DNA from: Candidatus Moraniibacteriota bacterium
Lineage (GTDB): Bacteria; Patescibacteriota; Minisyncoccia; Moranbacterales; DUUL01
Direction of reading: 5' to 3'
NCBI GenBank assembly: GCA_034522495.1
Contig: JAXHLG010000002.1
Location: forward strand, 1,000,486 to 1,064,485
DNA length: 64,000 bases
The translations under genes and the position numbers were made by a program. Shown one piece after another: positions 43,033-52,781 of this stretch. How positions within the stretch are numbered: the stretch's first letter is position 1; each line of letters starts with the position of its first letter. Under the pieces are notes generated by a model, which was not told the DNA's origin, made no database searches, and was given only the letters and a program-made list of their open reading frames with translations.

Positions 43033-44478
43033 TTACTTGTTAGCGGATTCATTTTTTTCAAAGGCCAAAGCAGCATTTAGCAGCTCTTGTTCGCCCCACC
43101 ACTTGCCGATTAACTGCATGCCCAGAGGCAGCTTTTTGCCTTCTTTTTCAATCCATCCTCCGTTCATGGAGACCGCCGGCAACATGGCAATATTAACCGG
43201 AACCGTGAAAATATCGGCTAGGTACATTTCCAAAGGATCAGCGGTTTTTTCTCCGATTTTGAAGGGGGGAGTCGGAGTAGTCGGCCCCAAAATTAAATCA
43301 ACTTCTTCAAATGCTTTGCGAAAATCCTGCTTAATCAGCTCTCTCACCATCTGGGCTTTTTTATAGTAAGCATCCTTATAGCCGGCCGACAAGGCATAAG
43401 TTCCCAGGATAATTCTTCTTTTGACTTCCTCTCCAAAGCCTTCTTTTCTGGAATTGAAATACACGTCCATGATGTCTTTGCTCTTGGAGTTTTTTTTCAA
43501 TGCCTCGCTGTAGCCGTATTTGACTCCATCAAAACGGGCTAAGTTGGAACTTACTTCCGACGGCATCATCAAATAATAGACCGCTAGCGAATATTTAACA
43601 TTCGGAAGGCTTATTTCTACAATTTCCGCTCCTTGCTTTTTTGCTTGCTCTGCCTGCCTCTCTATCATTTCCTTTATTTCCGCGTCAAAATCCTCTTCCA
43701 TGAATTCCTTGGGAATGCCTATTTTCTTGCCTCCCAGCTGGGAAGAAAGGTTTTTGTAAAAGCCGGTTTCTTTGGAAACGGTGGTATTGTCTTTATCATC
43801 CTTTCCGCAAATAGCGTCCAAAACAATGGCGGCGTCCTCCACGCTTTGAGTAATCGGCCCTATTTGGTCGTAACTGGAAGCCATGGCGATCAATCCGCTT
43901 CGAGAAACTCGGCCGTAAGTGGGCTTCAAGCCCACCACAGAGCAAAAGCTGGCCGGCTGCCTTATCGATCCTCCAGTGTCCGATCCCAAAGCCCAGACTG
44001 CTTGGCCGTCGGCTACCGCGGCGGCCGAACCGCCGGAAGAGCCGCCGGGAACCCTGGTTTCATCCAAAGGATTTTTAGTCGGCCCGTAAGCTGAATTTTC
44101 CGTGGACGAACCCATGGCAAATTCATCCAAGTTGGTTTTTCCCAAAAGAACTGCCCCCGCCTGTCTCGTTTTGCCTACTACGAAAGCATCATAAGGGGAA
44201 ATATAATTTTCCAGAATTTTAGATCCGGCGGTAGCTCTCCTCCCTTTAACACAGAGGTTGTCCTTCAAGGCGCAAGGCAAGCCTTCCAACAGACCGATTT
44301 CTTTCCCTTCGGAAATTTTTTTATCCGCTTTTTGAGCCTCTTCCAAAGCTTCCCTTCGATAAACCTCCAGAAAAGCGTTTACCTCTTTTCTTTTCTCTAT
44401 TTTGTCCAAATGCTTTTCCGCCAAATCTTTGGCTTTCAACTCTTTGTTGCTCAATTTTTGATGCAATTCTTTTATCAT
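43033..44478 (-). CDS. gatA: Glu-tRNA(Gln)/Asp-tRNA(Asn) amidotransferase subunit A
   Basis: The amidase signature is GGSSGGSAAAVA ... GSDTGGSIRQPASFCSVVGLKPTYGRVSR. Confidence 0.92.
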   Translation of the reverse strand: MIKELHQKLSNKELKAKDLAEKHLDKIEKRKEVNAFLEVYRREALEEAQKADKKISEGKEIGLLEGLPCALKDNLCVKGRRATAGSKILENYISPYDAFVVGKTRQAGAVLLGKTNLDEFAMGSSTENSAYGPTKNPLDETRVPGGSSGGSAAAVADGQAVWALGSDTGGSIRQPASFCSVVGLKPTYGRVSRSGLIAMASSYDQIGPITQSVEDAAIVLDAICGKDDKDNTTVSKETGFYKNLSSQLGGKKIGIPKEFMEEDFDAEIKEMIERQAEQAKKQGAEIVEISLPNVKYSLAVYYLMMPSEVSSNLARFDGVKYGYSEALKKNSKSKDIMDVYFNSRKEGFGEEVKRRIILGTYALSAGYKDAYYKKAQMVRELIKQDFRKAFEEVDLILGPTTPTPPFKIGEKTADPLEMYLADIFTVPVNIAMLPAVSMNGGWIEKEGKKLPLGMQLIGKWWGEQELLNAALAFEKNESANK

Positions 44479-44577
44479 AAATTCGAATTGTTATGAGGTT
44501 AAATTTTTCATTGTCACCCAAAGGGTGATCCGCCCTGCCTGCTGTCAAGCATGCTCTGGCAGATTCAATTGTTTCAT

Positions 44578-44657
44578 GGGACTGTTCCCAAACACCATTC
44601 CTATTTATCCCGCTTCAGCGGAGCTGCAATTCCACCTTTTTTGCTAAATTTTCCAAA
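44578..44657. repeat. Repeat family D, copy 1 (between gatC and gatA)
   Basis: The sequence gggactgttcccaaacaccattc...gcaattccaccttttttgctaaattttccaaa matches 55438-55498. Confidence 0.75.
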
Positions 44658-44703
44658 CTGCTTCCCGGCTTTGCCGGTCGGCCTAAAGAGAGTAAAACAA
44701 GGG

Positions 44704-45012
44704 TCACCCTCTTTTTAAAACGGTTTTAACTTTCAAGTAACCCTCTTTTTTTTCGGGAAAATTTTTCTTTATTCCTTCTTTCTCCTCTTGCTTGCTTTGA
44801 ATCGCCTCGTCCTCCCTCAACCGGTTTTCCGCCATCGAATAATGGTCAAAAGCCTCTGCTTTGCCAGTCGGCGCTTCCTGGATGTAATTGAAATAATCTA
44901 AAATCTCTTCCAATTCTTCAAAAAACTTCTTTTTCTCCTTTTCTGTTAAGCTAATCCTGGCCAATTGGGCTGTTTTCTCCAGCTGATCCGGAGTAATGTT
45001 CTTTTTGGGCAT
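44704..45012 (-). CDS. gatC: Glu-tRNA(Gln)/Asp-tRNA(Asn) amidotransferase subunit C
   Basis: The sequence reads ITPDQLEKTAQLARISLTEKEKKKFFEELEEILDYFNYI ... RLREDE. I placed the start at ATG 45012. The track start at 45024 is a TTG. Confidence 0.8.
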   Translation of the reverse strand: MPKKNITPDQLEKTAQLARISLTEKEKKKFFEELEEILDYFNYIQEAPTGKAEAFDHYSMAENRLREDEAIQSKQEEKEGIKKNFPEKKEGYLKVKTVLKRG

Positions 45013-45100
45013 AAGTAAATTCAATTGTTAAATTGTTTCATTGTTTCATTGTTAAAGAATGCCTATTAAAGAAACTTGCAATGGAACAATAAAGCTATAA

Positions 45101-45160
45101 TTCGCACCGCTTTAAAAAATAAAAAAATTACATATTTTGCCCCGCAATGCGGAACAGGCC

Positions 45161-45161
<1 letters not shown>
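45101..45161. repeat. Dispersed repeat family A, copy 3 (inverted); its end supplies the ligA TAG stop
   Basis: The sequence is ttcgcaccgctttaaaaaataaaaaaattacatattttgccccgcaatgcggaacaggccc, followed by taa on the plus strand. Confidence 0.8.
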
Positions 45162-47326
<2,165 letters not shown>

Positions 47327-47405
47327 TCATATAAACAAATTCTGGCATAAGTAGTCAGTATAAAGCAATAAGGCGAACATTGAATAATTCGTTCATTTAT
47401 TACTA

Positions 47406-47444
47406 AACAATTAACAATGGAACAATGGAACAATGGAACAATTT
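47406..47444. repeat. AACAATGG 8-bp word array
   Basis: The sequence is aacaattaacaatggaacaatggaacaatggaacaattt. Related arrays lie at 4681-4712, 8281-8325, 29991-30020, 45023-45053 and 48758-48788. Confidence 0.85.
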
Positions 47445-47454
47445 CTAATAATTT

Positions 47455-48693
47455 TTACATTCCCTTAATAACTTCTTCCAACCTAGCTTTTTTGTCCACA
47501 ACTTCCACTTCTACTCCCAATTTCTGCAAATTCTCTTTGGCTCCTTTACCCATGTATTTGGCGATCGCTTTGTCCGCTTCCACACTCTTTATAAATTTAA
47601 CTCCTTTTCCAGTAGCTTGTTCAAAATAAGGATTTTTTTGAATTCTTCTTCTTTTTAACTGATTTTTCTGAAAATCCAAGATTAAATAATATTCAGCTCC
47701 AAATTCATTTGGATTTATTTCTTCTTTATCTTTACCAACAAGGGGAACCGCGACTCTGTAGTCCATTTTTTTGGGTCCAACTTTTTGAAATCCTCTCCTG
47801 TATCCAAACCTGCCCCAAAACCTCGGCTCGAAAACTCCGGAGGAAACTTGATGAGATTTAACGGATATCGTTAAATAAGAAAGCTCTTCTATGTCTTCCA
47901 GCATATTTTCTTTAAGCTTTGAAGTGATTTTGTCAACTTCTTCCATGGAAGCATTTTTTTCGCAAAGCAAGAACACTTCAGCAAAATTGGTGCTGCCAAT
48001 TTTTCGAGTCTTGATTTCCTCAAAAGAAAAATTTTTATCCTTCAAGTACCGCTCGACCTTCTTCTCCAATTCCGGGTTAGACTTGTCAACCAACGACCCG
48101 ACAGTTTCCCCGGTCATGCCCCAGGCTTCTTTGATAATGTAAACACCTACTATCAGGGCTATCATAATGTCTGCAAGCGGAAACCATTTCACCAGAAGCA
48201 ATCCGGCTAATACCCCAACCGAGGCAATTACGTCCGCCCGATCATGCTGCCCGTCGGCCACCAGCACTGAAGAACCAGCCTTGCCGCCAACTCGGAACTT
48301 AATCTGAGCCATAACCTCATTCAAAACCACCGAAGCTCCCATAATGGAAATGTTCAACAGGCTGAATCCCGCTAGCTGCTCTTGATGGATAAGCGCGTTA
48401 ACCGCTTCGAATAAAATCCAAACGGCGCCCAGATAAAGCAACCCCACTACTACGAATGTTGCCACCATTTCATACTTGGCATAACCGTAGGGGTGTTCCT
48501 TGTCGGGTTCCTTTTTGGACTTTCTAATGCCCCACCAAGCCACGCCGGAAGAAAAAACATCCGCCGCCGAATGAACTCCCTCGGCCAACACCGCCACCGA
48601 TCCGGTAATTAAGCCGGCTATAATTTTGAAAACCGTCAATAAAAAATTGACAGAAAAACCTAAGATGGCTACGAAAGAAACATTTCCAAACAT
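47455..48693 (-). CDS. Cation diffusion facilitator (CDF) transporter fused to a C-terminal NifB/NifX-type (FeMo-cofactor-binding-like) domain
   Basis: The CDF motifs are LAEGVHSAADVFSSG ... HPYGYAKYE ... DGQHDRADV. The C-terminal ~100 aa read YRVAVPLVG...EFGAEYYLILDF...GKGVKFI...KLGVEVEVV. Confidence 0.7.
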   Translation of the reverse strand: MFGNVSFVAILGFSVNFLLTVFKIIAGLITGSVAVLAEGVHSAADVFSSGVAWWGIRKSKKEPDKEHPYGYAKYEMVATFVVVGLLYLGAVWILFEAVNALIHQEQLAGFSLLNISIMGASVVLNEVMAQIKFRVGGKAGSSVLVADGQHDRADVIASVGVLAGLLLVKWFPLADIMIALIVGVYIIKEAWGMTGETVGSLVDKSNPELEKKVERYLKDKNFSFEEIKTRKIGSTNFAEVFLLCEKNASMEEVDKITSKLKENMLEDIEELSYLTISVKSHQVSSGVFEPRFWGRFGYRRGFQKVGPKKMDYRVAVPLVGKDKEEINPNEFGAEYYLILDFQKNQLKRRRIQKNPYFEQATGKGVKFIKSVEADKAIAKYMGKGAKENLQKLGVEVEVVDKKARLEEVIKGM

Positions 48694-48757
48694 GCATGTA
48701 AAATTAAAAGGGAAACTGTTGCTTTAATATAATTAGAGGCTTTTGACTATGAAATCT

Positions 48758-48788
48758 AATTGTTCCATTGTTCCATTGTTTCATTGTT
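48758..48788. repeat. AACAATGG-word array (reverse orientation)
   Basis: The sequence is aattgttccattgttccattgtttcattgtt. It lies ~65 nt upstream of the CDF start. Confidence 0.8.
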
Positions 48789-48850
48789 GAGATCCAATAA
48801 ATCAACTAGCCTCTTTACTAAAGATAACCATTTAACAATTGAATAATTTA

Positions 48851-51199
48851 TCAATTTAACACCGCCTTCACCCTCCTCACGCCTGCGCTGGAGCTTTCTT
48901 CTTTGGCGATCTTGAAAGCGCCTTCGATCTCTCCGGTGTTTGTAACGTGCGGACCTCCGCAGATTTCCTTGGAATACCCTTCAATAGTATAGACTTTCAC
49001 CTTCTCTCCATATTTGTCTTCAAAAGTGCCTTGCGCGCCGGCTTCTTTGGCTTCTTCCAGCCCCATTTCTTCCTCTTTGACATCCACCTTGGCCCGGATT
49101 GCATCATTAACATATTCCTCAATTTCCTGAATCTGCTCCGGAGTCAGTTTGTCCGGATGAGTAAAGTCAAACCTGATTCTTTCTCCATTGATATTAGAAC
49201 CGGCTTGATGCACGTGATCGCCCAACACCTTCCTCATTCCCGATAACAACAAATGAGCCGCCGTGTGAAGCTGCTTGGTTTTTTCTTTAGTGTCGGCCAA
49301 GCCTCCTTTGAACATTCCCGCGCTGGCAGTTCTGGAAAGCTCTTGATGGCTTTTCAATTCCTTCTGAAACTCTTTTTCGTCCACCACCATAGTCTTTTCC
49401 TTGGCAAGCTCTCTAACCATTTCAATGGGAAATCCATAGGTCTGGTAAAGATCAAAGGCTTCCTTGCCGGTAATTTCATTACTCCGCTCTAAATGAGGCG
49501 GAAGAGCTTCATCCTCGATTGTCTTGACTTCATCCGGTTTTCCTTCGGCAAATTTCTGCAGGGCTTTGAAGCGATGAGAAATCTTGTTTTTATCTTCCTT
49601 CATTTCGGAAAAAGTATTCTCGTAACCCTCCGGAACGAAAATCGGGTCAAATCCGAATTCGAGTTTAGAGCTACCCAGCCTTTCTTCCGTTATCCTGCCC
49701 CTTACCTCTCCTTCATAGAAAGACAAATTTCTTCCGTCAAAGTGGGCTATCACGCATTTGGCCACAGCCTTTCTGTTTTTCCCTTCAGTCAAATCCAGCA
49801 GTCCCTGGGTGCTCATATAGTCAATAAACCACTTAATCAAAGCCCCCGGAAATCCGCTCCAGGCTTCCAGATGCAAAGAAGTGTCCTCTACAATGATCGG
49901 CTTTTTGAATTTTTTGTAGGCTTCAATTATCTTGTATTCGGCCACTTCTCGAGGCTCGATAGCTTGAACCTCCGGCAAAGATGATTTGACATAATCCAGC
50001 TCCAACCTGTCTCCGGTCAACTGGCGATATTCCTTTATCTTGTTAGGATTGGTGGAAATTAAAGACACCTTTCCTTTCTTGCCGGCAATTTTTTCAAACT
50101 CCTTTAAGCCTTTTTGCAAAGTTTTCCTGAATTTGGACTCTTCTTTTTCAATAACAGCAAGAATTTTGGATCGATTGACTTCCGGATACTGGTCTTTGTA
50201 GATATAGACCGCTTCCGCGGCCGCTTCTTTGGTAAAGTTTTTTTCCAATCCGAGTTTGTAGCCTTCCCTTATAGCCCTTCTTATCAATCTTCTGAGGATA
50301 TAGCCTCTTTCGCTATTGGAAGGCTCTACTCCGTCCGAGGCAATAAACACGGCAGCTTTCAAGTGATCGGCAATAATCCTGAGGGAAGTATAATAATCAT
50401 AATATTTTTTGTCCGACATTTCTTCCAGTTTTTCAATTATCGGCCAGAAAAGCTCGGTTTTGTAATCATCATTGATTCCGTTGATAACCGAAAGCATTCT
50501 CTCCATTCCCATGCCGGTGTCCACGTTCTGGCTGGGCAGCGTTTGGAAGCTGCCGTCGCGTGTTTTTTCATATTCCATAAAAACATTGTTCCAAATTTCC
50601 ACCCACCTGTCGTCGTTGGGATCGAATTTTTTGGGTAAATCTTCTTCTCTGCCACTCCAATAAAAAATCTCCGAATCCGGTCCGCAAGGTCCGGTTTGAC
50701 TGGGAGGCCCCCACCAATTTTCTTCTTTGTCCAGCTTGGCTATGCGGTCTTGGGAGAAACCCAGGTCCCTCCACGCTTGGAAAGACTCTTTGTCAAAAGG
50801 CGCGTCCGAATCTCCCATAAACACGGAAACTGCCATCTTCTCTTTGTCAAGGCCGAGCCATTGGGGGGAAGTGAGAAATTCATAGCTCCACTTAAGCGAT
50901 TCTTCTTTGAAATAATCTCCCAGGGACCAATTGCCCAGCATTTCAAAAAAAGTATGATGGGTGTCATCGCCCACTTCATCAATGTCGATTGTCCTGATGC
51001 ATTTTTGAACGCTGGCCAGTCGTTTTCCTTCAGGATGCTTTTCTCCCATCAAATAAGGAACCAGGGGCTGCATGCCGGAACTGATGAAAAGCGAGGTGGG
51101 ATCATTCTCGGGCGCCAGGGCTGCCGAAGGCAAAACGGCGTGGCCTCTTTCTTGGAAAAAATTCAAAAACTTCCCTCTTAATTCTTTAGCTGTGATCAT
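48851..51199 (-). CDS. alaS: Alanine--tRNA ligase with inserted ITPA/Ham1-type NTP pyrophosphatase domain; no C-Ala domain
   Basis: The catalytic motifs are FISSGMQPLVPY, QKCIRT and FEMLGNWSLGDYF, followed by the tRNA-recognition domain. The insert spans residues ~377-553 (FGFDPIFVPEGYENTFSEM...ISHRFKAL). The editing domain carries HTAAHLL and CGGPHV. Confidence 0.9.
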   Translation of the reverse strand: MITAKELRGKFLNFFQERGHAVLPSAALAPENDPTSLFISSGMQPLVPYLMGEKHPEGKRLASVQKCIRTIDIDEVGDDTHHTFFEMLGNWSLGDYFKEESLKWSYEFLTSPQWLGLDKEKMAVSVFMGDSDAPFDKESFQAWRDLGFSQDRIAKLDKEENWWGPPSQTGPCGPDSEIFYWSGREEDLPKKFDPNDDRWVEIWNNVFMEYEKTRDGSFQTLPSQNVDTGMGMERMLSVINGINDDYKTELFWPIIEKLEEMSDKKYYDYYTSLRIIADHLKAAVFIASDGVEPSNSERGYILRRLIRRAIREGYKLGLEKNFTKEAAAEAVYIYKDQYPEVNRSKILAVIEKEESKFRKTLQKGLKEFEKIAGKKGKVSLISTNPNKIKEYRQLTGDRLELDYVKSSLPEVQAIEPREVAEYKIIEAYKKFKKPIIVEDTSLHLEAWSGFPGALIKWFIDYMSTQGLLDLTEGKNRKAVAKCVIAHFDGRNLSFYEGEVRGRITEERLGSSKLEFGFDPIFVPEGYENTFSEMKEDKNKISHRFKALQKFAEGKPDEVKTIEDEALPPHLERSNEITGKEAFDLYQTYGFPIEMVRELAKEKTMVVDEKEFQKELKSHQELSRTASAGMFKGGLADTKEKTKQLHTAAHLLLSGMRKVLGDHVHQAGSNINGERIRFDFTHPDKLTPEQIQEIEEYVNDAIRAKVDVKEEEMGLEEAKEAGAQGTFEDKYGEKVKVYTIEGYSKEICGGPHVTNTGEIEGAFKIAKEESSSAGVRRVKAVLN

Positions 51200-51256
51200 A
51201 TTGTTTTTTAAGTCTTATATTTTTTATGCGCGTCATTATTGCGCAATAATCTCATC

Positions 51257-51426
51257 GAAACCACTGAAAAATGTCATTCTGAACTTGTTTATCCGGCTTT
51301 GACGGGCCGTGTCCGCCTTTGGCGGGATTCAGAATCTAATGATTACCGAAAAAGGCTTTGTAAAAAGATTCTGATTTTCATCAGAATGACAAAATTTTCA
51401 AAATAATCAATTCTTCAGTGGTTTCC
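51257..51426 (-). repeat. Structured 5'-proximal repeat (family S), copy 2, 57 nt upstream of alaS
   Basis: The ends are gaaaccactgaaaaat ... attcttcagtggtttcc. This 170-nt copy contains the 39-nt GC-rich module that copy 3 lacks. Confidence 0.85.
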
Positions 51427-51548
51427 TTATCGTTAATTTCATCATAAACCGAAACGCTCTAAAATTCAAGCCCAAATTCGCAGCTTCTTTTGTTTGTTGG
51501 AGATGCGCGGCATCATTTGTTGAAAATGGCCTGTTAGTTAAAATGGCC

Positions 51549-51606
51549 TTGTCAAATCTTCTTCCCTATGTTAGCCTTTTTTTAGAAAAGTTAGCCTTTA
51601 TATAAT
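51549..51606 (+). promoter_or_regulatory. rpsO promoter region (two candidate -10 elements)
   Basis: TTGTCA (51549-54) is followed by 17 nt and TAGCCT (51572-77), with a TGn extension. A perfect TATAAT lies at 51601-06. The motif CCTATGTTAGSCT is shared with 59990-60005. Confidence 0.5.
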
Positions 51607-51665
51607 AAATTAATATGAAGCTTCCCCGCGCGAATCTTCAATCCGGCGGGGCGGTAAAAGAATAT

Positions 51666-51935
51666 ATGGCATTAAACAAACAACAGAAGCAAAGAGTTAC
51701 CAAGAAGTTTAAACAGCACGAAAAAGACAGCGGCTCGGCGGAATACCAAATTGCTTTATTTACGGAAAAAATTAAAAAGCTAACCTCTCACTTAAAGAAA
51801 AACCCTCAAGACAAGCATTCCAGGAAGGGTCTCTTGGGAATGGTTCAGCAAAGAAAAAAACTTCTTCAATACCTTAAAAAAAGCGACGAGAAAAGTTACG
51901 AAAAAGTTACGAAAGATCTCGGCATCAAAGGCTAA
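51666..51935 (+). CDS. rpsO: 30S ribosomal protein S15
   Basis: The 89-aa product runs from the internal ATG (MALNKQQKQ...). The motifs are GSAEYQIALFTEKIKKLTSHLKKNPQDKHSRKGLLGMVQQRKKLLQYL. Confidence 0.9.
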   Translation: MALNKQQKQRVTKKFKQHEKDSGSAEYQIALFTEKIKKLTSHLKKNPQDKHSRKGLLGMVQQRKKLLQYLKKSDEKSYEKVTKDLGIKG

Positions 51936-52051
51936 CTGATTTCCATACTCGAATTTTTCGCTTAGAAATTTCTAAATCAAACAACCTTCCGCGGCTTTAA
52001 ATCGAAAAATGATCCGAATGATCAATCTTTATCAAAAATTAAATTAAAAAA

Positions 52052-52552
52052 ATGGCTAGATTCCCGGACCAGCGCGTGGGTGTTTTTGTTGATATACAAA
52101 ACATGTATTACAGCGCCAAAGAAATTCATCAAAAAAAGACCAACTTTAAAGAAATACTAAGTTTTTCCGCCTCCAAAAGAAAGCTTATCCGGGCGATCGC
52201 TTACGGAGTGACCACCCAGGAAGGCTTGGAGGAAAAATTCTTTGATTCTCTCGAAGGGGCCGGTTTTGAACTAAAAACCAAAGAACTCCAGATCTTTAAA
52301 AGCGGAGTCAAAAAGGGCGACTGGGACGTGGGAATCACGGTGGACGTTATAAAAATGGCGGAAAAATTGGATGTGGTGGTTCTGGTCAGCGGCGACGGCG
52401 ATTACATTCCGCTGGTTAAATTTCTGCAGTACACCAAGGGAGTCAGGGTGGAATTGATGGCTTTCGGAGAAAGCTGCTCCCACAAACTCATTGAAGAAGT
52501 GGATGAATTTATCAATTTGAGCAATTACAAGAATTTTTTTGAGAAAAAATAA
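52052..52552 (+). CDS. NYN-domain (LabA-like) putative RNase
   Basis: The motifs are RVGVFVDIQNMYYS ... VLVSGDGDYIPLVKFLQ. Confidence 0.8.
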   Translation: MARFPDQRVGVFVDIQNMYYSAKEIHQKKTNFKEILSFSASKRKLIRAIAYGVTTQEGLEEKFFDSLEGAGFELKTKELQIFKSGVKKGDWDVGITVDVIKMAEKLDVVVLVSGDGDYIPLVKFLQYTKGVRVELMAFGESCSHKLIEEVDEFINLSNYKNFFEKK

Positions 52553-52650
52553 CCGGCCTCGAGGCTCTTGGAGCTCATCCCCCTTGCAGGAGAGTTGGAA
52601 AATAACTTTGTGATAAATTTATTTCCTCATTGTAATAAAGTAATCGAAGT

Positions 52651-52781
52651 GAAACCACTGAAGAATTGATTATTTTGAAAATTTTGTCATTCTGATGAAA
52701 ATCAGAATCCCTTTACAAAGCCTTTTTTGGTAATTATTAGATTCTGAATCAAGTTCAGAATGACATTCTTCAGCGGTTTCC
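52651..52781 (+). repeat. Structured 5'-proximal repeat (family S), copy 3 (131 nt, lacks the 39-nt module), 11 nt upstream of the downstream start
   Basis: The ends are gaaaccactgaagaat ... attcttcagcggtttc. It is in reverse orientation to copies 1 and 2 on the plus strand. It therefore has the same orientation as they do relative to the downstream gene. Confidence 0.85.

Noticed and set aside
51257-51426. T-box leader upstream of alaS, or a hammerhead ribozyme because of the CUGAUGA box
   Set aside because: There is no T-box consensus (AGGGUGGNACCGCG) and no specifier-loop layout. The CUGAUGA is simply one arm plus the GAAA loop of a perfect hairpin. There is no hammerhead three-way junction or cleavage-site arrangement. 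The same element also precedes non-aaRS genes.
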